Positions 1-16,011 are shown, counted from the first letter of the stretch. The stretch is 64,000 nucleotides of DNA from Eledone cirrhosa (GCA_964016885.1 OZ024740.1:420298001-420362000), one strand, 5' to 3'. The notes: a model not told the origin generated them from the letters alone. Made by a program: numbers and translations.

Positions 1-3000
1 TAGAGTTGGAGGTGACAGTCTACATATGTGGTGGGAATGATGTACAGTTGGAGGTGACAATCTACATATGTGGTGGGTCTGATGTACAGTTGGAGGTGAT
101 AGACTACATATGTGGTGGGAATGGTGTAGAGTTAGAGGTGACAGTCTACATATTGGGCAGGAATGATGTAGAGTTGGAGGTTACAGTTAACATATGTGGT
201 GGGAATGGTGTAGAGTTGAAGGGGACAGTCTACATATGTGGTGGAAATGATGTAGAGTTGGAGGTGACAGTCTACATATGTCTTGGGAATGATGTAGAGT
301 TGGAGGTGACGGTCTACATATGTGGTGGGAATGGTGTCGAGTTTGATGTGACAGTCTACATATGTGGTGGGAATGATGTAGAGTTGGAGGTGACAGTCTA
401 CATATGTGGTGGGAATGATGTGGAGTTGGAGGTGACAGTCTACATATGTGGTGGGAATGATGTAGATTTGGAGATAACAGTCTACATATGTGGTGGGAAT
501 GATGTAGAGTTGGAGAGGACAGTCTACATATTTGGTGGGAATGATGTAGAGTTGGAGGTGACAGTCTACATATGTGGTGGGAATGATGTAGATTTGGAGA
601 TGACAGTCTACATATGTGGTTGGATTGATGTAGAGTTGGATGTGACAGTCTACATACGTGGTGGTAATGATGTAGAGTTGGAGGTGACAGTCTACATATG
701 TGGTGGGATTGATGTAGTGTTAAAGGTGAGTCTACATATGTGGTGGGAATGATGTAGAGTTGGAGGTGATAGTCTACATATGTGTTGGGAAAGAGGTAGA
801 TTTGGAGGTGACAGTCTACATATTTGGTGGGAATGATGTAGAATTGAAGGGGCCAGTCTACATATGTGGTTGGAATGATGTAGAGTTGGAGGTGATAGTC
901 TACATATGTCTTGGGAATGATGCAGAGTTGCAGTTAACAGTCTACATATGTGGTGGGAATGATGTACAGTTGGAGGTGAGTCTACATATGTAGGTGGGAA
1001 AGAGGTAGAGTTGGAGGTGACAGTCTACATATGTGGTGGGATTGATGTAGAGTTGGTGGTGACAGTCTACATATGTGGTGGGAATGATGTAGAGTTGGAG
1101 GTGACAGTCTACATATGTGGTGGGAATGATGTAGAGTTGATGGTGACAGTCTACATATGTGGTGGGAATGATGTAGAGTTGGAGGTGACAGTCTACATAG
1201 GTGGTGGGAAAGAGGTAGAGTTGGAGGTGACAGTCTACATATGTGGTCGGAAAGAGGTACAGTTGGAGGTGACAGTCTACATATGTGGTGGGAATGATGT
1301 AGAGTTGGAGGTGACAGTCTACATATGTGGTGGGAATGATGTACAGTTGGAGATGACAGTCTATATATGTGGTGGGAATGATGTACAGTTGGAGGTGACA
1401 GTCTACATAGGTGGTGGTAATGATGTACAGTTGGAGGTGACAGTGTACATATGTGGTGGGAATGATGTAGATTTGGAGATGACAGTCTACATATGTGGTG
1501 GGAATGGTGTAGAGTTGGAGGTGACAGTCTACATATGTGGCAAGAATGATGTAGAGTTGCAGGTGACAGTCTACATATGTGGTGGGAATGATGTAGAGTT
1601 GGAGGTGACAGTTACATATGTCTTGGGAATGATGTAGAGTTGGAGGTGACAGTCTACATATGTGGTGGGAAAGAGGTAGAGTTGGATGTGACAGTCTACA
1701 TATGTGGTGGGAATGATGTACAGTTGGAGGTGACAGTCTACATATGTAGTGGGAATGATGTTGAGTTGGGTGTGACAATCTACATATGTGGTGGGAAAGA
1801 GGTAGAGTTGGAGGTGACAGTCTACATATGTGGTGAGAAAGAGGTAGAGTTGGAGGTGACAGTCTACATATGTGGTGGGAATTATGTAGAATTGGAGGTG
1901 ACAGTCTACATATGTGGTGGGAAGGATGTAGAGTTGGAGGTGACAGTCTACATATGTGATGGGAAAGAGGTAGAGTTGGATGTGACAGTCTACATATGTG
2001 GTGGGAATGATGTAGAGTTGGAGGTGACAGTCTACATATGTGGTGGGAATGATATAGAGTTGGAGGTGAGTCTACATATGTGGTGGGAATGATGTAGAGT
2101 TGGAGGTGATAGTCTACATATGTAGGTGGGAAAGAGGTAGAGTTGGAGGTGACAGTCTACATATGTGGTGGGAATGCTGTAGAGTTGGTGGTGACATTCT
2201 ACATATGTGGTGGGAACTATGTAGAGTTGGAGGTGACAGTCTACATATGTGGTGGGAAAGAGGTAGAGTTGGAGGTGAGAGTCTACATATGTGGTGGGAA
2301 AGAGGTAGAGTTGGAGGTGATAGTCTACATATGTGGTGGGAATGATGTACAGTTTGAGGTGACAATCTACATACGTGGTGGGCATGATGTAGAGTTGGAG
2401 GTGAGAAACTACATATGTGGTGGGAATGATGTAGAGTTGGAGGTGACAGTCTACATATGTGGTGGGAAAGAGGTAGAGTTGGGGGATGACAGTCTACATA
2501 TATGGTGGGAATGATGTACTGTTGGAGGTGACACTCTACATATGTGGTGGGAATGATGTAGAGTTGGAGGTGACAGTCTACATATGTGGTGGGAATGATG
2601 TAGAGTTGGAGGTGAAAGTCTATATATGTGGTGGGAATGATGTACAGTTGGATGTGACAGTCTACATATGTGGTGGGAATGATGTAGAGTTGGAGGTGAC
2701 AGTCTACAAATTAGGTGGGAATGATGTAGAGTTGGAAGTAACAGTCTACATATGTGGTGGGAATGATGTACAGTTGGATGTGACAGTCTACATATGAGGT
2801 GGGAATGATGTACAGTTGGAGGTGACAGTCTACATATGTAGTGGGAATGATTTACAGTTAGAGGTGACATTCTACATATGTGGTGGGAATGATGTAGAGT
2901 TGGAGGTGACAATCTACATATGTGTTGGGAATTATGTAGAGTTGGAGGTGCCAATCTACATATGTGGTGGGAATGATGTAGAGTTGGAGGTGACAATCTA

Positions 3001-5797
3001 CATATGTGGTGGGAATGATGTAGAGTTGGAGGTGACAATCTACATATGTGGTGGGAAGGATGTAGAGTTGGAGGTGACAGTCTACATATGTGGTGGGAAT
3101 GATGTAGAGTTGGAGGTGACAGTCTACATATGTGGTGGGAATGATGTACAGTTGGAGGTGACAGTCTATATATGTGGTGGGAATGATGTACAGTTGGAGG
3201 TGACAGTCTACATAGGTGGTGGGAATGATGTAGAGTTGGAGGTGACAGTCTGCATATGTGGTGGGAATGATGTAGAGTTGGAGGTGACAGTTTACATGTG
3301 TGGTGGGAATGATGTAGAGTTGAAGGGGACAGTCTACATATGTGGTGGGAATGATGTAGAGTTGGAGGTGACAGTCTACATATGTGGTGGGAATGATGTA
3401 GAGTTGGTGGTGACAATCTACATATGTGGTGGGAATGATGTACAGTTGGAGGTGACAGTCTACATAGGTGTTGGGAATGATGTACAGTTGGAGGTGATAG
3501 TCTGCATATGTGGTGGGAATGATGTAGAGTTGGAGGTGACAATCTACATATGTGGTGGGAATTATGTAGAGACGGAGGTGACAATCTACATATGTTGTGG
3601 GAATGATGTAGAGTTGGAGGTGACAGTCTACATATGTGGTGGTAATGATGTAGAGTTGGAGGTAACAGTCTACATATGTGGTGGGTCTGATGTACAGTTG
3701 GAGGTGACAGTCTACATATGTGGTGGGAATGGTGTAGAGTTGGAGGTGACAGTCTACATATGTGGCAGGAATGATGTAGAGTTGGAGGTGACAGTTTACA
3801 TATGTGGTGGGAATGATGTAGAGTTGAAGGGGACACTCTACATATGTGGTGGGAATGATGTAGAGTTGGAGGTGACAGTCTAGATATGTCTTGGGAATGA
3901 TGTAGAGTTGGAGCTGACCGTCTACATATGTGGTGGGAATGGTGTCGAGTTTGAGGTGACAATCTACATATGTGGTGGGAATGATGTAGAGTTGGAGGTG
4001 ACAGTCTACATATGTGGTGGGAATGATGTGGAGTTGGAGGTGACAGTCTACATATGTGTTGGGAAGGATGTAGATTTGGAGATGACAGTCTACATATGTG
4101 GTGGGAATGATGTAGAGTTGGAGGGGACAGTCTACATATGTGGTGGGAATGATGTAGAGTTGGAGGTGGCAGTCTACATATGTGGTGGGAATGATGTAGA
4201 GTTGGAGGTGACAGTCTACATATGTGGTTGGAAAGAGGTAGAGTTGGAGATGACAGTCTACATATGTGGTGGGAATGATGTAGAGTTGGTGGTGACACTC
4301 TAAATATGTGGTGGGAAAGAGCTAGAGTTGGAGGTGACAGTCTACATATGTGGTGGGAATGATGTAGAGTTGGTGGTGACAGTCTACATATGTGGTGGGA
4401 AAGAGGTAGAGTTGGAGGTGACAGTCTACATATGTGGTGGGAATGATGTAGTGTTGGAGGTGACAGTCTACATATGTGGTGGGAATGATGTGGAGTTGGA
4501 GGTGACAGTCTACATATGTGGTGGGAATGATGTAGAGTTGGAGGTGACAGTCTATATATGTGGTGGGAATGATGTAGAGTTGGAGGTGACAGTCTACATA
4601 TGTGGTGGGATTGATGGAGAGTTGGAGATGACAATCTACATATGTGGTGGGAATGATGTAGAGTTGGAGGTGACAGTCTATATATGTGGTGGGAATGATG
4701 TACAATTGGAGGTGACAATCTACATATGTGGTGGGAAGGATGTAGAGTTGGAGGTGACAGTCTACATATGTGGTGGGAAAGAGGTAGAGTTGGAGGTGAC
4801 AGTCTACATATGTGGTGGGAATGATGTAGAGTTGGAGGTGAAAGTCTATATATGTGGTGGGAATTATCTACAGTTGGAGGTGACAATCTACATATGTGGT
4901 GGGAAGGATGTAGAGTTGGAGGTCACAGTCTACATATGTGGTGGGGAAGAGGTAGAGTTGGAGGTGACAGTCTACATATGTGGTGGGAATGATGTAGAGT
5001 TGGAGGTGACAGTCTACATATGTGGTGGGAATGATGTACAGTTGGAGGTGACAGTCTATATATGTGTTGGGAATGATGTAGTGTTGGAGGTGACAATCTA
5101 CATATGTTGTGGGAATGATGTAGAGTTGGAGGTGACAGTCTACATATGTGGTGGGAATGATGTACAGTTGGAGGTGACAATCTACATATGTGGTGGGTCT
5201 GATGTACAGTTGGAGGTGATAGACTACATATGTGGTGGGAATGGTGTAGAGTTGGAGGTGACAGTCTACATATGTGGCAGGAATGATGTAGAGTTGGAGG
5301 TGACAGTTAACATATGTGGTGGGAATGGTGTAGAGTTGAAGGGGACAGTCTACATATGTGGTGGGAATTATGTAGAGTTGGAGGTGACGGTCTACATATG
5401 TGGTGGGAATGGTGTCGAGTTTGATGTGACAGTCTACATATGTGGTGGGAATGATGTGGAGTTGGAGGTGACAGTCTACATATGTGGTGGGAATGATGTA
5501 GATTTGGAGATAACAGTCTACATATGTGGTGGGAATGATGTAGAGTTGGAGAGGACAGTCTACATATGTGGTGGGAATGATGTAGAGTTGGAGGTGACAG
5601 TCTACATATGTGGTGGGAATGATGTAGATTTGGAGATGACAGTCTACATATGTGGTCGGAATGATGTAGATTTGGAGATGACAGTCTACATATGTGGTTG
5701 GATTGATGTAGAGTTGGATGTGACAGTCTACATACGTGGTGGGAATGATGTAGAGTTGGAGGTGACAGTCTACATATGTGGTGGGATTGATGTAGTG

Positions 5798-8700
5798 TTA
5801 AAGGTGAGTCTACATATGTGGTGGGAATGATGTAGAGTTGGAGGTGATAGTCTACATATGTGTTGGGAAAGAGGTAGAGTTGGAGGTGACAGTCTACATA
5901 TTTGGTGGGAATGATGTAGAATTGAAGGGGACAGTCTACATATGTGGTTGGAATGATGTAGAGTTGGAGGTGACAGTCTACATATGTCTTGGGAATGATG
6001 CAGAGTTGCAGGTAACAGTCTACATATGTGGTGGGAATGATGTACAGTTGGAGGTGAGTCTACATATGTAGGTGGGAAAGAGGTAGAGTTGGAGGTGACA
6101 GTCTACATATGTGGTGGGATTGATGTAGAGTTGGTGGTGACAGTCTACATATGTGGTGGGAATGATGTAGAGTTGGAGGTGACAGTCTACATATGTGGTG
6201 GGAATGATGTAGAGTTGATGGTGACAGTCTACATATGTGGTGGGAATGATGTAGAGTTGGAGGTGACAGTCTACATAGGTGCCGGGAAAGAGGTAGAGTT
6301 GGAGGTGACCGTCTACATATGTGGTGGGAAAGAGGAAGAGTTGGAGGTGACAGTCTACATATATGGAGGGAATGATGTAAAGTTGGAGGTGACAGTCGAC
6401 ATATGTGGTGGGAATGATAAGTTGGTGGTGACAATCTACATATGTGGTGGGAATGATGTAGAGTTGGAGGTGACAGTCTATATATGTGGTGGGAATGATG
6501 TACAGTTGGAGGTGACAATCTACATATGTGGTGGGAAGGATGTAGAGTTGGAGGTGACAGTCTACATATGTGGTGGGATTGATGGAGAGTTGGAGATGAC
6601 AATCTACATATGTGGTGGGAATGATGTAGAGTTGGAGGTGACAGTCTATATATGTGGTGGGAATGATGTACAGTTGGAGGTGACAATCTACATATGTGGT
6701 GGGAAGGATGTAGAATTGGAGGTGACAGTCTACATATGTGGTGGGAAAGAGGTAGAGTTGGAGGTGACAGTCTACATATGTGGTGGGAATGATGTAGAGT
6801 TGGAGGTGAAAGTCTATATATGTGGTGGGAATTATCTACAGTTGGAGGTGACAATCTACATATGTGGTGGGAAGGATGTAGAGTTGGAGGTCACAGTCTA
6901 CATATGTGGTGGGAAAGAGGTAGAGTTGGAGGTGACAGTCTACATATGTTGTGGGAATGATGTAGAGTTGGAGGTGACAGTCTACATATGTGGTGGGAAT
7001 GATGTACAGTTGTAGGTGACAGTCTATATATGTGTTGGGAATGATGTACAGTTGGAGGTGACAGTCTACATAGGTGGTTGGAATGATGTACAGTTGGAGG
7101 TGACAGTCTACATATGTGGTGGGAATGATGTAGTGTTGGAGGTGACAATCTACATATGTGGTGGGAATTATGTAGAGTCGGAGGTGACGATCTACATATG
7201 TTGTGGGAATGATGTAGAGTTGGAGGTGACAGTCTACATATGTGGTGGGAATGATGTACAGTTGGAGGTGACAATCTACATATGTGGTGGGTCTGATGTA
7301 CAGTTGGAGGTGATAGACTACATATGTGGTGGGAATGGTGTAGAGTTGGAGGTGACAGTCTACATATGTGGCAGGAATGATGTAGAGTTGGAGGTGACAG
7401 TTAACATATGTGATGGGAATGGTGTAGAGTTGAAGGGGACAGTCTACATATGTGGTGGGAATGATGTAGAGTTGGAGGTGACAGTCACCATATGTCTTGG
7501 GAATGATGTAGAGTTGGAGGTGACGGTCTACATATGTGGTGGGAATGGTGTCGAGTTTGATGTGACAGTCTACATATGTGGTGGGAATGATGTAGAGTTG
7601 GAGGTGACAGTCTACATATGTGGTGGGAATGATGCGGAGTTGGAGGTGACAGTCTACATATGTGGTGGGAATGATGTAGATTTGGAGATAACAGTCTACA
7701 TATGTGGTGGGAATGATGTAGAGTTGGAGAGGACAGTCTACATATGTGGTGGGAATGATGTAGAGTTGGAGGTGACAGTCTACATATGTGGTGGGAATGA
7801 TGTAGATTTGGAGATGACAGTCTACATATGTGGTCGGAATGATGTAGATTTGGAGATGACAGTCTACATATGTGGTTGGATTGATGTAGAGTTGGATGTG
7901 ACAGTCTACATACGTGGTGGGAATGATGTAGAGTTGGAGGTGATAGTCTACATATGTGGTGGGATTGATGTAGTGTTAAAGGTGAGTCTACATATGTGGT
8001 GGGAATGATGTAGAGTTGGAGGTGATAGTCTACATATGTGTTGGGAAAGAGGTAGAGTTGGAGGTGACAGTCTACATATTTGGTGGGAATGATGTAGAAT
8101 TGAAGGGGACAGTCTACATATGTGGTTGGAATGATGTAGAGTTGGAGGTGACAGTCTACATATGTCTTGGGAATGATGCAGAGTTGCAGGTAACAGTCTA
8201 CATATGTGGTGGGAATGATGTACAGTTGGAGGTGAGTCTACATATGTAGGTGGGAAAGAGGTAGAGTTGGAGGTGACAGTCTACATATGTGGTGGAATTG
8301 ATGTAGAGTTGGTGGTGACAGTCTACATATGTGGTGGGAATGATGTAGAGTTGGAGGTGACAGTCTACATATGTGGTGGGAATGATGTAGAGTTGATGGT
8401 GACAGTCTACATATGTGGTGGGAATGATGTAGAGTTGGAGGTGACAGTCTACATGGGTGGTGGGAAAGAGTTAGAGTTGGAGGTGACAGTCTACATATGT
8501 GGTGGGAAAGAGGAAGAGTTGGAGGTGACAGTCTACATATATGGAGGGAATGATGTAAAGTTGGAGGTGACAGTCTACATATGTGGTGGGAATGATAAGT
8601 TGGTGGTGACAATCTACATATGTGGTGGGAATGATGTACAGTTGGAGATGACAGTCTATATATGTAGTGGAAATGATGTACAGTTGGAGGTGACAGTCTA

Positions 8701-11700
8701 CATAGGTGTTGGTAATGATGTACAGTTGGAGGTGACAGTCTACATATGTGGTGGGAATGATGTAGATTTGGAGATGAGAGTCTACATATGTGGTGGGAAT
8801 GGTGTAGAGTTGGAGGTGACAGTCTACATATGTGGCAAGAATGATGTAGAGTTGCAGGTGACAGTCTACATATGTGGTGGGAATGATGTAGAGTTGGAGG
8901 TGACAGTTACATATGTCTTGGGAATGATGTAGAGTTGGAGGTGACAGTCTACATATGTGGTGGGAATGATGTAGAGTTGGAGGTGAAAGTCTATATATGT
9001 GGTGGGAATTATCTACAGTTGGAGGTGACAATCTACATATGTGGTGGGAAGGATGTAGAGTTGGAGGTCACAGTCTACATATGTGGTGGGAAAGAGGTAG
9101 AGTTGGAGGTGACAGTCTGCATATGTGGTGGGAATGATGTAGAGTTGGAGGTGACAGTCTACATATGTGGTGGGAATGATGTACAGTTGTAGGTGACAGT
9201 CTATATATGTGTTGGGAATGATGTACAGTTGGAGGTGACAGTCTACATAGGTGGTGGGAATGATGTACAGTTGGAGGTGACAGTCTACATATGTGGTGGG
9301 AATGATGTAGTGTTGGAGGTGACAATCTACATATGTGGTGGGAATTATGTAGAGTCGGAGGTGACAATCTACATATGTTGTGGGAATGATGTAGAGTTGG
9401 AGGTGACAGTCTACATATGTGGTGGGAATGATGTACAGTTGGAGGTGACAATCTACATATGTGGTGGGTCTGATGTACAGTTGGAGGTGATAGACTAGAT
9501 ATGTGGTGGGAATGGTGTAGAGTTGGAGGTGACAGTCTACATATGTGGCAGGAATGATGTAGAGTTGGAGGTGACAGTTAACATATGTGATGGGAATGGT
9601 GTAGAGTTGAAGGGGACAGTCTACATATGTGGTGGGAATGATGTAGAGTTGGAGGTGACAGTCACCATATGTCTTGGGAATGATGTAGAGTTGGAGGTGA
9701 CGGTCTACATATGTGGTGGGAATGGTGTCGAGTTTGATGTGACAGTCTACATTTGTGGTGGGAATGATGTAGAGTTGGAGGTGACAGTCTACATATGTGG
9801 TGGGAATGATGTGGAGTTGGAGGTGACAGTCTACATATGTGGTGGGAAAGATGTAGATTTGGAGATAACAGTCTACATATGTGGTGGGAATGATGTAGAG
9901 TTGGAGAGGACAGTCTACATATGTGGTGGGAATGATGTAGAGTTGGAGGTGACAGTCTACATATGTGGTGGGAATGATGTAGATTTGGAGATGACAGTCT
10001 ACATATGTGGTCGGAATGATGTAGATTTGGAGATGACAGTCTACATATGTGGTTGGATTGATGTAGAGTTGGATGTGACAGTCTACATACGTGGTGGGAA
10101 TGATGTAGAGTTGGAGGTGACAGTCTACATATGTGGTGGGATTGATGTAGTGTTAAAGGTGAGTCTACATATGTGGTGGGAATGATGTAGAGTTGGAGGT
10201 GATAGTCTACATATGTGTTGGGAAAGAGATAGAGTTGGAGGTGACAGTCTACATATTTGGTGGGAATGATGTAGAATTGAAGGGGACAGTCTACATATGT
10301 GGTTGGAATGATGTAGAGTTGGAGGTGACAGTCTACATATGTCTTGGGAATGATGCAGAGTTGCAGGTAACAGTCTACATATGTGGTGGGAATGATGTAC
10401 AGTTGGAGGTGAGTCTACATATGTAGGTGGGAAAGAGGTAGAGTTGGAGGTGACAGTCTACATATGTGGTGGAATTGATGTAGAGTTGGTGGTGACAGTC
10501 TACATATGTGGTGGGAATGATGTAGAGTTGGAGGTGACAGTCTACATATGTGGTGGGAATGATGTAGAGTTGATGGTGACAGTCTACATATGTGGTGGGA
10601 ATGATGTAGAGTTGGAGGTGACAGTCTACATAGGTGCCGGGAAAGAGGTAGAGTTGGAGGTGACAGTCTACATATGTGGTGGGAAAGAGGAAGAGTTGGA
10701 GGTAACAGTCTACATATATGGAGGGAATGATGTAAAGTTGGAGGTGACAGTCGACATATGTGGTGGGAATGATAAGTTGGTGGTGACAATCTACATATGT
10801 GGTGGGAATGATGTAGAGTTGGAGGTGACAGTCTATATATGTGGTGGGAATGATGTACAGTTGGAGGTGACAGTCTACATATGTGGTGGGAAGGATGTAG
10901 AGTTGGAGGTGACAGTCTACATATGTGGTGGGATTGATGGAGAGTTGGAGATGACAATCTACATATGTGGTGGGAATGATGTAGAGTTGGAGGTGACAGT
11001 CTATATATGTGGTGGGAATGATGTACAGTTGGAGGTGACAATCTACATATGTGGTGGGAAGGATGTAGAGTTGGAGGTGACAGTCTACATATGTGGTGGG
11101 AAAGAGGTAGAGTTGGAGGTGACAGTCTACATATGTGGTGGGAATGATGTAGAGTTGGAGGTCAAAGTCTATATATGTGGTGGGAATTATCTACAGTTGG
11201 AGGTGACAATCTACATATGTGGTGGGAAGGATGTAGAGTTGGAGGTCACAGTCTACATATGTGGTGGGAAAGAGGTAGAGTTGGAGGTGACAGTCTACAT
11301 ATGTGGTGGGAATGATGTAGAGTTGGAGGTGACAGTCTACATATGTGGTGGGAATGATGTACAGTTGTAGGTGACAGTCTATATATGTGTTGGGAATGAT
11401 GTACAGTTGGAGGTGACAGTCTACATAGGTGGTGGGAATGATGTACAGTTGGAGGTGACAGTCTACATATGTGGTGGGAATGATGTAGTGTTGGAGGTGA
11501 CAATCTACATATGTGGTGGGAATTATGTAGAGTCGGAGGTGACGATCTACATATGTTGTGGGAATGATGTAGAGTTGGAGGTGACAGTCTACATATGTGG
11601 TGGGAATGATGTACAGTTGGAGGTGACAATCTACATATGTGGTGGGTCTGATGTACAGTTGGAGGTGATAGACTACATATGTGGTGGGAATGGTGTAGAG

Positions 11701-14507
11701 TTGGAGGTGACAGTCTACATATGTGGCAGGAATGATGTAGAGTTGGAGGTGACAGTTAACATATGTGATGGGAATGGTGTAGAGTTGAAGGGGACAGTCT
11801 ACATATGTGGTGGGAATGATGTAGAGTTGGAGGTGACAGTCACCATATGTCTTGGGAATGATGTAGAGTTGGAGGTGACGGTCTACATATGTGGTGGGAA
11901 TGGTGTCGAGTTTGATGTGACAGTCTACATATGTGGTGGGAATGATGTAGAGTTGGAGGTGACAGTCTACATATGTGGTGGGAATGATGTGGAGTTGGAG
12001 GTGACAGTCTACATATGTGGTGGGAATGATGTAGATTTGGAGATAACAGTCTACATATGTGGTGGGAATGATGTAGAGTTGGAGAGGACAGTCTACATAT
12101 GTGGTGGGAATGATGTAGAGTTGGAGGTGACAGTCTACATATGTGGTGGGAATGATGTAGATTTGGAGATGACAGTCTACATATGTGGTCGGAATGATGT
12201 AGATTTGGAGATGACAGTCTACATATGTGGTTGGATTGATGTAGAGTTGGATGTGACAGTCTACATACGTGGTGGGAATGATGTAGAGTTGGAGGTGACA
12301 GTCTACATATGTGGTGGGATTGATGTAGTGTTAAAGGTGAGTCTACATATGTGGTGGGAATGATGTAGAGTTGGAGGTGATAGTCTACATATGTGTTGGG
12401 AAAGAGGTAGAGTTGGAGGTGACAGTCTACATATTTGGTGGGAATGATGTAGAATTGAAGGGGACAGTCTACATATGTGGTTGGAATGATGTAGAGTTGG
12501 AGGTGACATTCTACATATGTCTTGGGAATGATGCAGAGTTGCAGGTAACAGTCTACATATGTGGTGGGAATGATGTACAGTTGGAGGTGAGTCTACATAT
12601 GTAGGTGGGAAAGAGGTAGAGTTGGAGGTGACAGTCTACATATGTGGTGGAATTGATGTAGAGTTGGTGGTGACAGTCTACATATGTGGTGGGAATGATG
12701 TAGAGTTGGAGGTGACAGTCTACATATGTGGTGGGAATGATGTAGAGTTGATGGTGACAGTCTACATATGTGGTGGGAATGATGTAGAGTTGGAGGTGAC
12801 AGTCTACATGGGTGGTGGGAAAGAGTTAGAGTTGGAGGTGACAGTCTACATATGTGGTGGGAAAGAGGAAGAGTTGGAGGTGACAGTCTACATATATGGA
12901 GGGAATGATGTAAAGTTGGAGGTGACAGTCTACATATGTGGTGGGAATGATAAGTTGGTGGTGACAATCTACATATGTGGTGGGAATGATGTACAGTTGG
13001 AGATGACAGTCTATATATGTAGTGGAAATGATGTACAGTTGGAGGTGACAGTCTACATAGGTGGTGGTAATGATGTACAGTTGGAGGTGACAGTCTACAT
13101 ATGTGGTGGGAATGATGTAGATTTGGAGATGAGAGTCTACATATGTGGTGGGAATGGTGTAGAGTTGGAGGTGACAGTCTACATATGTGGCAAGAATGAT
13201 GTAGAGTTGCAGGTGACAGTCTACATATGTGGTGGGAATGATGTAGAGTTGGAGGTGACAGTTACATATCTCTTGGGAATGATGTAGAGTTGGAGGTGAC
13301 AGTCTACATATGTGGTGGGAATGATGTAGAGTTGGAGTTGAAAGTCTATATATGTGGTGGGAATTATCTACAGTTGGAGGTGACAATCTACATATGTGGT
13401 GGGAAGGATGTAGAGTTGGAGGTCACAGTCTACATATGTGGTGGGAAAGAGGTAGAGTTGGAGGTGACAGTCTACATATGTGGTGGGAATGATGTAGAGT
13501 TGGAGGTGACAGTCTACATATGTGGTGGGAATGATGTACAGTTGTAGGTGACAGTCTATATATGTGTTGGGAATGATGTACAGTTGGAGGTGACAGTCTA
13601 CATAGGTGGTGGGAATGATGTACAGTTGGAGGTGACAGTCTACATATGTGGTGGGAATGATGTAGTGTTGGAGGTGACAATCTACATATGTGGTGGGAAT
13701 TATGTAGAGTCGGAGGTGACAATCTACATATGTTGTGGGAATGATGTAGAGTTGGAGGTGACAGTCTACATATGTGGTGGGAATGATGTACAGTTGGAGG
13801 TGACAATCTACATATGTGGTGGGTCTGATGTACAGTTGGAGGTGATAGACTAGATATGTGGTGGGAATGGTGTAGAGTTGGAGGTGACAGTCTACATATG
13901 TGGCAGGAATGATGTAGAGTTGGAGGTGACAGTTAACATATGTGATGGGAATGGTGTAGAGTTGAAGGGGACAGTCTACATATGTGGTGGGAATGATGTA
14001 GAGTTGGAGGTGACAGTCACCATATGTCTTGGGAATGATGTAGAGTTGGAGGTGACGGTCTACATATGTGGTGGGAATGGTGTCGAGTTTGATGTGACAG
14101 TCTACATATGTGGTGGGAATGATGTAGAGTTGGAGGTGACAGTCTACATATGTGGTGGGAATGATGTGGAGTTGGAGGTGACAGTCTACATATGTGGTGG
14201 GAAAGATGTAGATTTGGAGATAACAGTCTACATATGTGGTGGGAATGATGTAGAGTTGGAGAGGACAGTCTACATATGTGGTGGGAATGATGTAGAGTTG
14301 GAGGTGACAGTCTACATATGTGGTGGGAATGATGTAGATTTGGAGATGACAGTCTACATATGTGGTCGGAATGATGTAGATTTGGAGATGACAGTCTACA
14401 TATGTGGTTGGATTGATGTAGAGTTGGATGTGACAGTCTACATACGTGGTGGGAATGATGTAGAGTTGGAGGTGACAGTCTACATATGTGGTGGGATTGA
14501 TGTAGTG
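5798..14507 (+). repeat. 52-monomer higher-order repeat, four copies alternating 2178/2177 bp (4355-bp AB super-unit x2)
   Basis: The TTAAA of marker GTGTTAAAGGT starts at 5798, 7976, 10153, 12331 and 14508. Near-identical ORFs recur at a 4355 offset (6089/10444, 7016/11371, 8267/12622, 9193/13548, 9523/13878). Confidence 0.93.
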
Positions 14508-16011
14508 TTAAAGGTGAGTCTACATATGTGGTGGGAATGATGTAGAGTTGGAGGTGATAGTCTACATATGTGTTGGGAAAGAGGTAGAGTTGGAGGTGAC
14601 AGTCTACATATTTGGTGGGAATGATGTAGAATTGAAGGGGACAGTCTACATATGTGGTTGGAATGATGTAGAGTTGGAGGTGACAGTCTACATATGTCTT
14701 GGGAATGATGCAGAGTTGCAGGTAACAGTCTACATATGTGGTGGGAATGATGTACAGTTGGAGGTGAGTCTACATATGTAGGTGGGAAAGAGGTAGAGTT
14801 GGAGGTGACAGTCTACATATGTGGTGGAATTGATGTAGAGTTGGTGGTGACAGTCTACATATGTGGTGGGAATGATGTAGAGTTGGAGGTGACAGTCTAC
14901 ATATGTGGTGGGAATGATGTAGAGTTGATGGTGACAGTCTACATATGTGGTGGGAATGATGTAGAGTTGGAGGTGACAGTCTACATGGGTGGTGGGAAAG
15001 AGGTAGAGTTGGAGGTGACAGTCTACATATGTGGTGGGAAAGAGGAAGAGTTGGAGGTGACAGTCTGCATATATGGAGGGAATGATGTAAAGTTGGAGGT
15101 GACAGTCTACATATGTGGTGGGAATGATAAGTTGGTGGTGACAATCTACATATGTGGTGGGAATGATGTACAGTTGGAGATGACAGTCTATATATGTAGT
15201 GGAAATGATGTACAGTTGGAGGTGACAGTCTACATAGGTGGTGGTAATGATGTACAGTTGGAGGTGACAGTCTACATATGTGGTGGGAATGATGTAGATT
15301 TGGAGATGAGAGTCTACATATGTGGTGGGAATGGTGTAGAGTTGGAGGTGACAGTCTACATATGTGGCAAGAATGATGTAGAGTTGCAGGTGACAGTCTA
15401 CATATGTGGTGGGAATGATGTAGAGTTGGAGGTGACAGTTACATATGTCTTGGGAATGATGTAGAGTTGGAGGTGACAGTCTACATATGTGGTGGGAAAG
15501 AGGTAGAGTTGGAGGTGACAGTCTACATATGTGGTGGGAATGATGTACAGTTGGAGGTGACAGTCTACATATGTGGTGGGAATGATGTTGAGTTGGGTGT
15601 GACAATCTACATATGTGGTGGGAAAGAGGTAGAGTTGGAGGTGACAGTCTACATATGTGGTGAGAAAGAGGTAGAGTTGGAGGTGACAGTCTACATATGT
15701 GGTGGGAATGATGTAGAGTTGGAGGTGACAGTCTACATATGTGGTGGGAATTATGTAGATTTGGAGGTGACAGTCTACATATGTGGTGGGAATAATGTAG
15801 AGTTGGAGGTGACAATCTACATATGTGGTGGGAAAGAGGTAGAGTTGGATGTGACAGTCTACATATGTGGTGGGAATGATGTAGAGTTGGAGGTGACAGT
15901 CTACATATGTGGTGGGAATGATATAGAGTTGGAGGTGAGTCTACATATGTGGTGGGAATGATGTAGAGTTGGAGGTGATAGTCTACATATGTAGGTGGGA
16001 AAGAGGTAGAG

